64,000 nt of DNA from Vermamoeba vermiformis (GCA_045837725.1 JBEWZL010000127.1:124001-188000); one strand, 5' to 3'; counted from the stretch's first letter, positions 12,121-25,916 are shown. Numbers and translations are program-made. The notes: generated by a model from the sequence alone, not told the origin.

Positions 12121-13884
12121 TTACTGTGTATGAACAATATGCGATGCGGCTTTGCGGATGCGGTTCATAACCGCAAGACCTTCGTGCTCTTCAGTGATAC
12201 CCTCAACGAGTATTACTTCCACACCAAGCTCGTCCAACTCGCGCAGACTCTTGAATAGACCGCGAGCAACAGCTCCTACAATTATACAACATTAATAACG
12301 TGATAAAAATACCGCATATAATCGCTGAACGTACCTAAATCGTCTTCGCTGCCGATCTGTCGCACAATCAAAAGTCTGTTGGCGAGCAAGTCCTCGGGCA
12401 AGTGAACAGTCTTGGGTCGTGTGTGGATGTATCCTACACGCTTCTGCTCGCTCAATAACTCCTTCAATTGTTCGGCGAGTTTGACGGTCAAAGAGGGTGA
12501 TGGGCCCTCGAACAAAATGACCTGAGCATCGGGCGAGTAGTGCTTGTACTTGAGACCAGGAGTAGGTGGCTTTAGCGTCAAATCTTCACCTGTGACGACC
12601 TTACTGTACACTTCCATACTGGGCACAAGTTCTCTCAATTGCTCGAGTGTCACACCACCAGGTCTCAAAATCAATGGCGGGCTAATAAGAACGTTAGTAT
12701 TAATGAAAGTTATATCTCGTTACAGTTCGTTATGCCCTCAAATGATCACTTACTTTCTGTGCACGTCTACGACGGTTGATTCGACACCAACGTGCGAGTC
12801 ACCTCCGTCAATGATACAAGGGATTCTGCCCTTCAAATCACCCATGACATGAGCAGCAGTTGTCGGACTGGGCCTTCCACTCCTATTGGCAGAAGGTGCA
12901 GCAAGCGGCAAACCACTCAACGCGATCAACTTTTGAGCTACAGGATGGCTAAGAAGATGATCTGTTAAAACGAGTTGCACGATGAATTCACGCTTAATAT
13001 AGTAGTGCAATAGTAACACTGGCTGTTATAGTAAATGAGCGCATTCGATGTCAATTTGCTTACCTTGGTTGTCTGACGGCAACTGTTGGTTGACCTGCTA
13101 GGACGGAGGGGCTGACCTTGCCTGTGGCCTTGAAAAGCAATGTGAGAGGACCAGGCCAGAATTTCTTCATCAAGAGCTCGGCCTATAATAGATGTTAATA
13201 CTCATCGCAGAGTTTTAACAAAAGCAGGTAGGGAAAGTTGTGAAACAAAAGAGGATCCCTGTATTGTGAATGTATGACTTACAGTGGGTGTAATCTCATC
13301 GACAAATGTTTTGAGCATGTCAATAGAGCTGACGTGTACAATCAATGGGTTGTCTGAGGGTCTGTTCTTTGCTTCGAAGATCTGAGGCATAACAAAAAAT
13401 TAAAAGCGGCTCTAAACTTTTTTAAAAATAGCTGTATAATTTACCATGGCTTGTTTAACGAAGAAGAATTGTTTCGATAAATTTTGGAATTTGTAAATTT
13501 AATATTTACCTTTTTTACGGCATCTCCGTCGAATGCATTGGCAGCGAGTCCGTACACTGTCTCGGTGGGCATAGCAATAGCTTCGCCTTGTTGCAAGAGT
13601 TTAACAGGGACGTCGAAGTCTTTGTCTGGCATCGGACCGTTGGGATCAATTTTGACAAGTAGCGTCTCGTATTTGTTATCAGCTGGGTCAGTCATTTTCG
13701 TTCGCTTGAATATTATACAATGAAAAGGGGTAAATAAATAAGTTCGCTTGGAGGATAGTCTTAGTGACGGGATTGGCTTGTATTGTTCGGCTTGGTGAAA
13801 TAAGTTTGGCCGTTTAGTTACAAGAGGTGGTACATTATTGTGTCGGAGAGTTTGAAATAATGTTTTTGTTACCCTCCGTAACAT
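12121..13884 (-). CDS. SUA5: Threonylcarbamoyl-AMP synthase Sua5 (YrdC + SUA5 domains)
   Basis: [89 protein letters not shown]. In-frame ATGs at 13884 and 13695. Confidence 0.95.
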
Positions 13885-14078
13885 TATAAATAAAAAAATT
13901 GACCGATCCCAGAAAATTAACAAAAACGAAGGCACGTCCCGACCGGCACGTGCAATATTGAAAATTCTTTTTCTTTGTACTGTCCAATAGTACATTAACG
14001 CATTTATTTACATCATCCATGCAGATGCTCGGCAAGGAGCCAGATCGTGGCGTAATTCGCAACCAATCGCTGCTGATT

Positions 14079-15225
14079 CTATAATTCGGCTTTGAACATT
14101 CCTTGTAGTTCATTATATACATCGCGATATTCGGCAGGAATTGCAGATTTATCCAACTCTTCGAGGGTCTTGAAGTCGATCAGCTTTTCGTTGTGGTACT
14201 GCGGCAAGAACTGCTCGTTCGTTTTGACTTGCAATATGAGCACCTGAACTAGTTTTTTCTTAATCTCTTTGACGCTCTTGATTTGCTTCAAATCCTCGTA
14301 GTAGGCCTTTGCCGCCAGGTACGTGTCTATTAAACACCTTCGTGCCGCAATATTCATCCAATTCATCTCAGGCAGATTACTCTGTGCTATAAAATCTTCG
14401 AATTTCTTCGTTGCTTCTTTGCAGGTCGTTGGCAAAGGCTGTTTTACGTATAAATCGTACTTCTCTTGACAGCTCTTAAACTTGAGCTCAATATCCTCTG
14501 TAGCACGATCCAGAAGCAGTCCATCATACTTAGCGCCACTACACCGAGAGCACTCGCAGTTGAATCCATAAGACTCACTGAGTTTCTGCTTACGAACGGA
14601 TGTAGGGAGCACCAAAGTTGCGGGTGCATAACATATTGTCACTTCATCACCCTGCGATTTGTTAGTGTTAATTGCATTTGAAACAATTCATTTATACCTT
14701 CTTGATATCAGCGATAGCATAGACTACACTGGATGTAAATGATTTCGACCGTAGATTGGACGCGTTCGGATTACAGCTATGGTTGAAATACGAGACCTTT
14801 GGCAATAGCATAAATAATTTAGATGCATCGGGTAATGTACTTTCAAAAGCATTTAAGGACACTTGGCTCATTGCCTTGCTCCACGCAGCATCTGAATAAT
14901 TTCAACGGTCAACAAAAAAATATGTGGCGAATTTATACCTCACACTGCATGATGATTACTATTGTAAATGAATAAAAATAATTTTACCTGAAATCTTTGG
15001 TAAAGGAGACCGAATATGCTTGATTTCGGACTCGTGACAAATCTCGCCTAAAGATGGGTCTTCAGCGGCTTTAAGAATGAATTTAAACGTAAGTTCTACG
15101 AGGGACTTGTTACTGCTAATAGCTTCTTCGCGTAATATCACTTCCCCACGCTTAATATCACGAGATGCAACATAGCCTCGTCCTCTATTTGGTAGAGAGG
15201 TTATTTGGATTGGCAATTCTGCCAT
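14079..15225 (-). CDS. SET-domain lysine methyltransferase (SMYD-like, no clear MYND finger)
   Basis: RGRGYVASRDIKRGEVILRE, YFNHSCNPNA, IKKGDEVTICY and post-SET YGFNCECSRC. Confidence 0.9.
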
Positions 15226-15406
15226 TTGCAATATGTACGCTCAGTTATGTTACACGCATTTGTGCACGTTGCTTCAAGTGTCAAACAAACAGCAAGTGAG
15301 TCGTTTTTGGTTTGGTCAAAATCCGTCAAACCTCGCTTCGTCACAAAAAACTTTCGTGTTTGACTTGCATTTGTATTTTCATTGATTGAACGTATCACTA
15401 TATAGA

Positions 15407-16829
15407 ATGGTAGGTTATTTGTAGCCAATGACGATGTTGTTTTGTGCACCAAAGCATTGCATTTGACCTCAAGCGGATTTATTTAGTCCACGAAGCCTTG
15501 TCCTTTATTCATTGCTTAATTTCGTTATCAATAATTTAATATGCACAACTAATATCACGAATAATGCTGGCGGAAATCAAGGAATGCAAACTATTCAGAT
15601 TAAAAAAATTTCAAAAAAATATCTAAATTAGAAACGCTCTAAATTATTGCTCGAATAACATTGACTGATCTTAATTTATTATATAGCAATTCAAGAGCCT
15701 TTTATTCGTCGCCGTAGCTGTCGCTTTGTGCGCCCTCGTTGCTGCTGATGCTCAACATCACCTTTTGGTCAAGAAGGACATTACCACCCGCCCTGTTGCT
15801 GCTGGTAGATTGATGACCATCGAAATTCAACTTTTCAACCTCGACGAAGGGTAAGTTCAATTTATCTATTGAATTTTTCCACCGATATTTTTTCTCGTTC
15901 CATCTCACTGGAAGATCTTCAACTAACTCGTGCTCGATTGTAATAATAGAAGCGTCTATGATATCTCTGTTAACGACAACGCCTGGAGCCCTGAAGAGTT
16001 TGAACTCCAAGAAGGCAACACTACTAGCGCTACTTTTGAAAAGTTGGCTGGGTAAGTCGAGATCAAGCACTAATTTTGCAAATTGTAATTTTAGCTTTAT
16101 TGTGCTTCTAAGCACATCTTAGCATATTTTTCTAATTTATTCGAATTATTTCCGATTTTTTTGATGGCACGCACTAATTTTATGACTTATTTTCATTTGG
16201 AATGGTTTTTACTGACAATACCACTTCGATTTCAAGTACTAATATTGCTTTATATTAGTGGTGCTAACGTTACTCACTCCTACACCTTGAAGCCCCTCAA
16301 GACTGGCTACATTGAGACCACTTCCGCTGTTGTCACTTACAAGACTTCTCCCAACGGTGACGCTAAGGTAATTAGTGCAAATAATATTAAGAGCAGGTTA
16401 CAGTTCTTCGTAGCCAATAGTATTCATATTTATTGCAATTAACAAGTTAATTGGATTGCGCTATTTGAACGACGTCATCAATGACTAGATCTAACTTGTA
16501 TATGCTTACTTATAGGTTGGCTACTCATCCACTGCTGGTATTTTGAGAATCTTCCACGAGTACGAAATCCCCAAGAAGCTCGGTGCTCACTTGGTAAGTC
16601 TTCAGTCCGTTACAAATAACAAACCCGATCCGACCTCTATCATTCTCTAAGCAATTTACCATTGCTAATACTGGTGATATAATGCTAATATATTTTATTG
16701 TAGACTGAATGGACCACCTTCTTGGCTTTGGCTGCTGGATCTCTTGTTATTCCTGGCGCTATCTATGCCAACATTAACCTCAACTACCACAACGGTTTGC
16801 CCAAGAACACCAAGACCAAGGCTCAATAA
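15407..16829 (+). CDS. SSR2: Translocon-associated protein beta subunit (TRAP-beta)
   Basis: Signal peptide QFKSLLFVAVAVALCALVAA, then LLVKK, IQLFNL, VYDISVND, GANVTHSYTLKP, SAVVTY, VGYSS, HLTEWTTFLALAAGSLVIP (TM). First coding exon appears to be ATG only (15407-15409). Confidence 0.85.
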
Positions 16830-16996
16830 GCATTATATTACTAATACTTACTGATCTGAATCATCTCACTAAAGAGAATCAGAACTTGATCCAAAAAATG
16901 CAATTTTAAAATAAATTATATTTAATAGTAACTATGCGATAACCTTATGCTACATGTTATTATATTTATTATTGGCATTTTTTACAATTTAAGGCG

Positions 16997-18022
16997 TTAT
17001 TCGTTATGAAGATGATTCTTTGGAACGGATGGCCAAACTCTCGTCTTCATAAATGCGAAGAATAAGCCGAGCAAGTAGCCACCAATAGCACCATATGTAC
17101 ATGATATAGGCCACACTTGCCACGGTCTGTCCCAATCGAGAGGAATCGGAATTGCCCCGATCCAGGCTCCGAGTACAGTTGCCAACGCTGGAATGGCACT
17201 TAAATCTTCAGCTGAGCTTTGGTATCTAAATAAAAACATATTAATAACTGCCTTATAGGTACAATAAGCATAGAAGACGTACTCGAAGAAAAATAAAACT
17301 CGTCTCCAATTTTCTTGGTCAAATCCGAGCGTGCAAGTCAACGGAACAGCAGACAATGAGGACATTAGGGCGGACCAATATAAAGTGCGATCAAATACAC
17401 TACAACAAACGGTGAATTAGTTAGTGGGTCCAGTACACGTAGAATTAGATCTTACTCTAGCAATGGAGCGCCGTACAGCACGGCAATAATATGAAAGAAT
17501 ATTGTGCCGATAAAAAATCCAGCCAGACCTCGTCCTACAGCCTCGAAATATTCCTATATAATAGCAAGTAAGCCTCAAACTGAGAACGGTGATTAAAAAA
17601 AGTCAAATTTTTAGCTAAAAAAATCAGTCTAATATTAAAGATTATTCTAATTGATATTCGAAAGCATATTGCGCTAGAAAGTGCTTGAAGATCTATCAGC
17701 CAAGTCACAATTTATTCAAAAAAATATCTAGTAAATTCTGCAGCCCATAGACCATATTGTTTAGTGACTATTTTACGATGTATATTACTTACCAAATTCG
17801 AATTAAATTTCTTGGCGAGAATGGTGAACAAAGCCAATTCGATCGCCAAACTCGAAAAGATCAGCGTAATTAACGACTGTTCCGTGTTCTCCTCCAAATT
17901 CATATAAATATACAATATATACGGCTATTAATTACAATATTAATACGATGGAGTGACGTCGTCTCCTCGTTGAATAAAAATGATATTTATTTTCATGAAT
18001 AGAGGTTTACCTGTTCATTCAT
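16997..18022 (-). CDS. PIGF: GPI-anchor biosynthesis protein PIG-F/Gpi11
   Basis: FHIIAVLYGAPL and the signature LGAWIGAIPIPLDWDRPWQVWPISCTYGAIGGY. The start at 18022 is tentative. Confidence 0.9.
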
Positions 18023-18075
18023 CTTTTTTGTTTTTAACGTTCAATAGCGCAACACATATAAGTAAATTATAATCA

Positions 18076-19694
18076 ATGTCTGCACCAAAGATTTGCGTCG
18101 TTGGCTCGTCCAACATGGATTTGATCTCTTACGTGCCAACTCTGCCAAAGCGAGGAGAGACTTTGCGTGGCTATAAATTCAAAACGGTAATTATATGAAT
18201 ATTTCAGACGCGAATAATGCCTCTAAACGGTCGTAAAATTGCTACTAATTAACAGTTAATTAATTTAAAAAAATCCAATGCGTCATATCGTTGTAATGAC
18301 TGCACAATACGCAAATTATATGGTCGATGTAATTATATTAAATTAACAAAAATGTAGGGCTGCGGTGGCAAGGGAGCTAATCAAGCAGTAATGGCCGGTC
18401 TCTTGGGCGCCGACATCGTACGGATTTAATATGAATTTACGACACGATATTAATATAGGCATACTATTATATAGACTATGGTTTGCAAATTAGGCACTGA
18501 TTCGTTTGGAGCTGACATGAAGAAAAATTTTGAAGCGCATGGTGTGAGCACTGATTATATTTACATTTCAAACGAAGCTTCATCGGGAGTCGCTCCGATT
18601 ACAGTGTCCGACGACGGGTACGTAAAAATATTATCGATATATTTGTAATAGATAGTGGTGTTGCGAATCGATCGTGCCAAGTGGTGGATCCGCACGAATT
18701 TTTTTTTGCCAATATTGTTTAATTTTTGCTAATATTTTCATTATAGAGCTAACAGCATCGTCATTGTGAGTGGCACGAATGATTTGTTGAATAAAGAGGA
18801 AGTACACAAGGCTAGCAAACCCATCACTGAGGCCAAGTACGTGCTAGTCATTTACTTTAAAGCAGTTGATACTAAATTAGGAAATAATGTCTATATTAGG
18901 GTGTTGCTGACACAATTGGAGATTCGTCTCGAGACTACTTGGGAGGCATTGAAGTTGGCGAAACAAGCTGGCGTGACTACCATTCTCAACCCTGGTACGA
19001 TACAATTATAGCAATATTACCATATATAGTAATTTCATTAGGCACATTAGCTTTTATAGTTACTTAGATATTTTATTTGTGCAGCTCCCGCGCAAGACTT
19101 GCCTTCCGAGATCTTCCAAGTTGTTGATATTTTGTGCCCGAACGAGACTGAACTGGAGATTTTGTCGAAGAAGCCTGTTAATAACATTGATGAGGCGAAA
19201 GAGGCTGCTAAAGTCTTGTTAGAAAAGTGAGTTATCGGTAGAAAAAGTTGACACGTGTCATCGATGGATCTCGACACTTCAATTTTCACATGCGACACTC
19301 TTTCGATAATAATATTAACATTAATTTATTGACAGAGGCGTGAAGAAAGTGTTGGTGACATTGGGCGAGAACGGCAGTTTGTTAGTGACTGAAAATGAAG
19401 TCTATCACTCACCCAGCGAAAAAGTTAAAGCGATTGACACTACTGGCGCAGGTACGAAATTATATAATATATTATTAGTATTATTTAAATGTCGTTTGAG
19501 CTCTGGTATACTTATTATTTCCTTTTTTAGGTGATTGTTTCTTGGGCAGTTTTGCGTACTTTTATGCGGTGGGGCAAGACATCAAAGAGTGCATGAAGAA
19601 AGCCAATCACATTGCGTCAGTCAGTGTGCAGGCTGAAGGCACGCAAACGAGTTTCCCTCATCGTAGCAAATTGCCTGCTGAATACTTCCAATAA
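18076..19694 (+). CDS. RBKS: Ribokinase (PfkB family)
   Basis: [73 protein letters not shown]. Confidence 0.95.
19249..19260. other. Intronic palindrome TGACACGTGTCA (copy 1 of 6)
   Basis: Inside ribokinase intron 19227-19336. Confidence 0.9.
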
Positions 19695-19797
19695 ATCTGG
19701 CGGTGGTTTTGACGAAGCGAAAGGTCAGAATATTAGAATTACATTTTATTATCATATTTCAAGGCTAATCATTACAATCGGAAAATTCGATCAACCT

Positions 19798-21750
19798 TCA
19801 AACATACATTACCAACAATAACACTATCGATACAAGGTAAACGTTAGCGTATGTGGTTGAACTATAAGAGGTCTTGACAGGTGTCTTAGATTGACCACTA
19901 GGAGTATTCCCAGAACTTGGAGTATTTGAACCCGAACTGGGATTCGTTCCCATTTTGCGACTGAAAACTCCACCGAAGTGATCAACGACTTGACTCGTAC
20001 TATATAACCATACATTAGACTTAGCTAAGAGCATAACGCAAAAAACCTATTCGGGCAAAAAAATCGTCCCAGATCCGTTAATTTTCCTTTTTAGTACTTA
20101 CGCGTAATCAGCCGAATCAGCATTTGCCACAATGTGCGAAGAACTCATCGTGGTATCGCTGGTGAACGCCACTTCAGTATCAGACCACGAGACAATAGCG
20201 CCAGGCACTTGAGTGTACGGCAACGACGAATCATCAAACACCATTGAAAAGCCGTTCTGATTGGTGCCAAAGCCTCGGCCGCGGAGATAAATCGTGTTGC
20301 CTTGTTGCGTCGTGGATTCGATCACTGGAATCACCGCTGAATTGTTGCGCGGATCGTACGTACGGAACCAATTATGCATCACACCTGAACCAATAATATT
20401 ATACACCATCTTAAAATTAAATCTTCTCAAAAAAATTGTCATTTCAGTTTTTGAATTTTTCTGTTTTCGTACTTTCGTCGCTAATCTATAATACTAAGAT
20501 AATACTGTATCGTCTTAATATTGTTAATATTTGTACTAGTAAGCAAGACGTAACCCCCGCAGGAAATTTGATTATGTTGGTTTTTTGAGAAGGTACTTTA
20601 CCTCCGACAGTGGAGATCGTCCAAACGTGTCCCTGATTGTTCAACACGAGCAAAAAGTTCTCAACGCCGCCTTTTCTGAGAATTGTTGTCTCATCTGCTT
20701 CTTGCGCCACTGGCACCAACGAGTCATTTACGCCATGTAAGCGTAACAACGGCATACTTTTTCATCGTTAGTATCATGATTAATACTTTGTTCTTTGATA
20801 TTCTTACGAAGTATTGGCATAATATTCATCGGTGTATTGGGTTCCGTAGTATTTTTTGCCACCAGACATTATGACGGCGGATGTGAATCGAGGTTCAATG
20901 GGAGTTAACGCCTAATCATGTAGAACTATTATTCATACATTGAAATAGAAATTATACTTTAAAATTGAGCTTACAGTCATTAAATAAGAGCCATAAGAGT
21001 GACCGAAACCAACCAAAGAGTCGTACTCGATCAGATCTCCAAACTTGTCCATAAACGCCGAAGAAAACAATATATCAATCGTTCTGACCGATCTCTTTAA
21101 GTTTTCAGGACTATCAGAGCAGTCACCTTGAAACGAATCCAGATGCGTTAATGAGCCAAAATCAGAAAGTAAAATTCGAGTAGCTTACTTAACGATAGAC
21201 CTTCTCCTAAGTTAGGACAGAGAATGACATGGGTCAAAGTAGGTCCAAAGCACATATATCCACGGCTATAAAAGTACGGCGAGCAATATTGATTCAAGTA
21301 CAGATCCACATCGTAAGCGTTGCCGTGGCCAATGAAAATTGGTACAACTTTCTCAGTCATTGCTACATATAATTAGTCGATATAGTAATGGATATCTCTT
21401 ACTAGTTGGATCGTCGGGGAATTCAATCCATCCAACGAGAGTTGTCGCCCATCCGTTTTCGGTGTAATTAAATTTGAATGTATTTTTGTCGATTTGAAAC
21501 CAATTTACGGTTCCAGAAAGAGCGACGGGAGTATAGGCGATGGCGTTTGCCACCAATCTGGATTAAAAATAATATAAGCAATGAGCAATAAGATAGAATG
21601 GATTTTTTATAAGGATAAATTTAATTCTTGTGCCAATATTTCAAATATAATTATATTGTAATTATTCGTTAGCTGCACATTTGAAATTTTTAAAAAGTTA
21701 GATTAGTGTACTTACAAAGTGCAGCAGCAAAGCAACAAAAATCCTTTCAT
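19798..21750 (-). CDS. Secreted, probably GPI-anchored alpha/beta-hydrolase (esterase/lipase-like) with C-terminal IPT/TIG-like domain
   Basis: Hydrophobic N-terminus; GHSYG nucleophile elbow; LHGVNDSLVP (Asp) and QGHVW (His); IYLRGRGFG...IVSWSDTEVAFT; S/T/P stalk and hydrophobic tail VYLVSIVLLLVMYV-stop. Confidence 0.75.
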
Positions 21751-22006
21751 TATGCTTTCCTAGCTTCCAAATCAAATTAGTGAGAGCCAATTGCAAGCGG
21801 TGGTTTTGTTCTTACGTTCGGAAAATTTCAGACCGAAAGAGATTATCGGGTCGAGTGGAGCTTGTTTGGATCCTATTTTCAATTTACATTGTATTTACAG
21901 TGATGAGACATAATATTCTTTAGAAGCAGCATGGCTCTATATAGATGCCTCTTAAGCCACACTCAGCTTGCTCTGCTTCGTTCAATGGCACGACTAGGTC
22001 ATTCGA

Positions 22007-22636
22007 TCACGGATGCTTGCCTTTGTAACAGAGAAGTGACAAAGCGACCATACAACAGATGAATGTGGTAGTATGAACGTAAAATACCGTTTGGTCCATT
22101 ATTTCAATAGCTTTTGGCGTCAGCATCAGAAAAGATAACGCGATCACTGCAGAGTGGATTTAGAATTTTTTTCAAATCCCGCAGGTGTTGCTAATAAGCA
22201 TATTTTAATAATATTTACTTACGAGGTTGATATATGATTGCATCGATCCAAAATTCCGCAGTTGCGTAACGGCGTAGATGTGGATGGATTTCTGACACTC
22301 TGAATCCAGAGCATAAATGGACTATTGGCAGCGCTGATATTGCTAAAAATGCAGTCGATAATATATTCCATATAGAATCAATAAATTCTCCTGGAAACAC
22401 TGCTCGAGTGACAGATCCGATCACCAAAATAACTGCTGCAGGAACGAATGCCAAGCCAAATATTGATTTTTTGCCTCGATGACATTATAAAATAAATAAA
22501 TATGAGGTATTGTGGTCAGTTTGAAAAGCTTTAAATCATCTGTCACCCGTTCACTGAAACTACCACGTGTGCGTAACAAAAATTCACCTCGGGAAGGTTC
22601 GCCCGTTTGAAACTTGAAATTTAAATAATAACTCAT
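22007..22636 (-). CDS. Hypothetical multi-pass membrane protein
   Basis: Several hydrophobic segments across two exons; continuity requires correcting indels, so the model is uncertain. Confidence 0.35.
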
Positions 22637-22711
22637 CGTAATAACTATATAACTGCAATAGATCTATTTACAAAGTTTATGAGACTTACACTCGGGCTTT
22701 AAAATGAATTC

Positions 22712-24476
22712 TTACTGCTTATTCTCTTGGATCTGCTTCTTTTCTTCGATCTTTTGCAGCACCCAATCTTTAACCTAAATATCAAAGAAGTGTTTAATAC
22801 CATATAAAATCGTGTCTTAAAGTTAGGTTCACGCAAATTGAAGCAAAGTAATTTTGAGTGATTTCAGCGACTTACTTTGTCTTCCATTTCCTGTGCAAAT
22901 TGATTCGCTTCTTCACCGGATAATACGGGGTTATTGTAATACGCAATGTTGCCGAAACTTTTCAAGAATTTTGGCTGCAACATGAGTTGAAGCGGGTTGT
23001 TCATATAAAAGTCAATTTCTTCTTGTGTCACCTAATCACCCAATTAATTTAACCGTATAAAATAATTATAATAAATATTTCATATCGGTAATTTGTAAAA
23101 TAAGCACAAATTAGAAAAAAAATTTTGTACGGCAAATTTGGACTTACGTCAGTGGGCTTTTTCTTGTTCAAATAATATTGAATGACAGTGCGCATTTTTT
23201 CGGGCGTTACAATCATGTCCGCAACAGCGAGTAAATACTGCTCAGTGTGGCCCCAATGTTTCGTCAATTTAAGCTTTTCAGATCCCAAGTGCTGGAACCA
23301 AAAATTGACAGCAATGGCGGGCTCCGTGGTAGTCACGTGATGCCACCACAATTTGGGAATAAATAGCATTTCTCCGGGGTTCACCTCGATCTCCAAGTAC
23401 TTTGCGTTTTTGAACTCGGGATATTTTTCCAAATCGGGGTTATCAATGTCGATAATTGATTGGTGGAATTTTCCCCAATGTCTTTTCCTTTTAAAGCACT
23501 TTTCGTTCGTGTACGGATCGAACAATTTGAATATTTTCTTGCCCAAGATCATCGCGTGAAGTCCGTCCATGCCGTGATCACCTGATGACCAGTCGTGGTG
23601 CAGTGGTGTCACTTGGCCTATTGGTCGCAATTGCGTTAAAATTTCGTGGAATTAACGATCAACATGAAAAAGATCTAAAACGACAGATCTAGCTCCAAAT
23701 TATAATATTATTGCTCTTAACTTATAACATTATAGATAAGAATAATACGTATAATAAAGTACCTCTGTTTCCTATCCACAAGTTGCCAGGTTTGTTCTGT
23801 TCAGCGGCGTGTGGCGGTGGAATAACGTCGTTAATGAGCGCGGGAAAATTAGGACTGACTGGAATGCTTGCGAGGTAATAGAAGGGAGAGTCTGCCGTTT
23901 GGACCTTATCTGGGTCTGTATAGGATTATATGAGCTTACTATTGAAATCATACGAAGTGGAATAATGAACAGATCCGCGCGTCACGTACTGTTTTTGAGT
24001 TCGAGCCAATGGCCCATGAACTGCTTGAATGGAATCTTTATAGACTTCCCAAGCCACTCAGTATTGTCGTCGTTATAGTCGCGTTTGAAGTCTGTTCGAA
24101 GATTGACTAGCGTTTCTGGACCGATCTAAAAGCAGATCCGAGAAAATTAGCAAAAATTAAATTACGTTATTTTTATGACGACCCATATATTACAATTTGT
24201 TATTTAATAATATTTTGATAACGTTTAACGTGAAAAATTATTGATTCAGGTTGAAATTTACCTTTTCGATTAAATAATTCGGATCCAGCCATTTTTTCAT
24301 CGCTGGCCAATCATCAACAAGACCTGTAACGATGACAGGGCGACTATAATGAAATTAGAAATTATTTTCGTATTTTTAGAATAATTTTGGCGTTACCTCT
24401 CGCTGATGTACTTGTCGAGCTGATCCCGCGTTGGTTTATGAATTCGTTCAACGATAGTTTCAGTATCTAGCGACAT
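22712..24476 (-). CDS. JmjC/cupin-like 2-oxoglutarate Fe(II) oxygenase (KDM8/HSPBAP1/TYW5-like small JmjC)
   Basis: RPVIVTGLVDDWPAMKKW, PPYYLAS, NLWIG, TPLHHD (HxD), GKKIFKLF, VNPGEMLFIPKLWWHHV, IAVNFWF. Confidence 0.92.
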
Positions 24477-24836
24477 ATGAACGCGTATATGATATTTTGG
24501 TACTAGAAAATCAGTATTGTGAGCGTTGTGCTTGTGTGTTAGATCTGTCAGAAAAATAGATCAAATTTCATGAATGATGGCAAAACAATGATATTGAGGC
24601 CTCTTGGACTTGTTGAACCGATACTGTATGAAATAGCCGCGTAACATAATCTGACTAAACCTAGCAACGATTCTTTAAGATAAGGTAGTTCTAATTTTAG
24701 AAGGAGAAACGAAAAATAAAATAAATACAAAAAATTGCTAAAATTGATTTATTATGTACATTAAATTACTAGTAACAATTGGCTGTTAGTCCGTCAAAAG
24801 GATCCTTAGCCAATTAAAAAATTTTGCAAATTGAAA

Positions 24837-25303
24837 TTATGCTTTCAGCTTGTTAATGTCTTTAAAATATACGTATAATTCTTCTGTAGTTTGATAGCTA
24901 TGCTTATCGAGGATATAGCCGTGAGCATACATCAGATTTGTCATTCTGCACGAGACCAAATTGGTGTAGTCGCCAGTAACGTGGTGAGTCAAGGCCCATA
25001 TTTCAGGCTTGGTTAATTTAAATTGGCAGGGCTCTTTGGCGTTCGGATCCAAGCTGCAGTCCGAGAGCATTTTGTTGATATGCGGTAATAGCTCTTCGAT
25101 CGCGTTTTCAGGACCGTGGAGCGTGAATCGAGCAGTATTTCTATTTTTAAATAAGAATATGTAGGCCATGTTGACGAATACGCTGTTGTGGTATTGATTA
25201 AGTGCGGGTTTAAAAAAATAAAATTGAAGAAATTCGATAGAAAAGTCACGACCTTAACTGGAACGGATCTGTTTCTTTTTTAGAGCAGAATATCATACGA
25301 CAT
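24837..25303 (-). CDS. Hypothetical small protein
   Basis: 110-aa ORF preceded by an intron and a short ATG exon that needs one indel correction; no family recognised. Confidence 0.45.
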
Positions 25304-25316
25304 AAGAGTGTTTATA

Positions 25317-25916
25317 TCCGGGAAACGTAGATTTGCAAAGCCTTCCATCTTTGGATTAAAAATACAATTTCACCGCCAAACAGCAAGGCATCCAAGCCAA
25401 ATAACGAGATAGCCAGTCTACCTTCAAGAGTGCGCAAGCTAGCTGGGAACAAGTAAGCCAGAACGAAGGCCTCTCCGATGTCTCGAAGGATCGGCGCTAG
25501 GCAAACTAAATTAAAGTCCGTTAAACTACAAATTTATCCAAGTCATGGTTAAAGTTTGCCAATATCAACATTAAAGAGTTGGTCGGGTTAGCTTACGGAT
25601 CGCGGCAATGGCAGGTACAAATTTTCGGACGTCTGCATAAGTGCTAAACCAGCCAAGTATCGCTCCTGCAATGGCCACGGCTTCTACCGGATAGTACATA
25701 ATATTTTCTGTGTCTTGATTAGCGAAGCATATTATGGCAAGGTAAACCAATAAGATGATAGTATAATATTTCAAGTCCTTTGGATTTGGGAGCGTCAGAA
25801 TAGCTTTCAAGAGTATTATTTTGCTTCATTATGCTGGTTATTGGTGTTGCAGTTGATACTGCGAATGCTATTCGAAGTACAAACAAAGGAAGTTCTTCGG
25901 CAGTTTCGGATCCATA
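25317..25916 (-). CDS. Hypothetical multi-pass membrane protein
   Basis: Hydrophobic segments YYTIILLVYLAIICF, AVAIAGAILGWF and LAISLFGLDALLFGGEIVFLI over two exons; 5' part needs indel correction. Confidence 0.4.

Noticed and set aside
15702-16115. 137-aa minus-strand ORF
   Set aside because: Antisense shadow of TRAP-beta exons on the plus strand.
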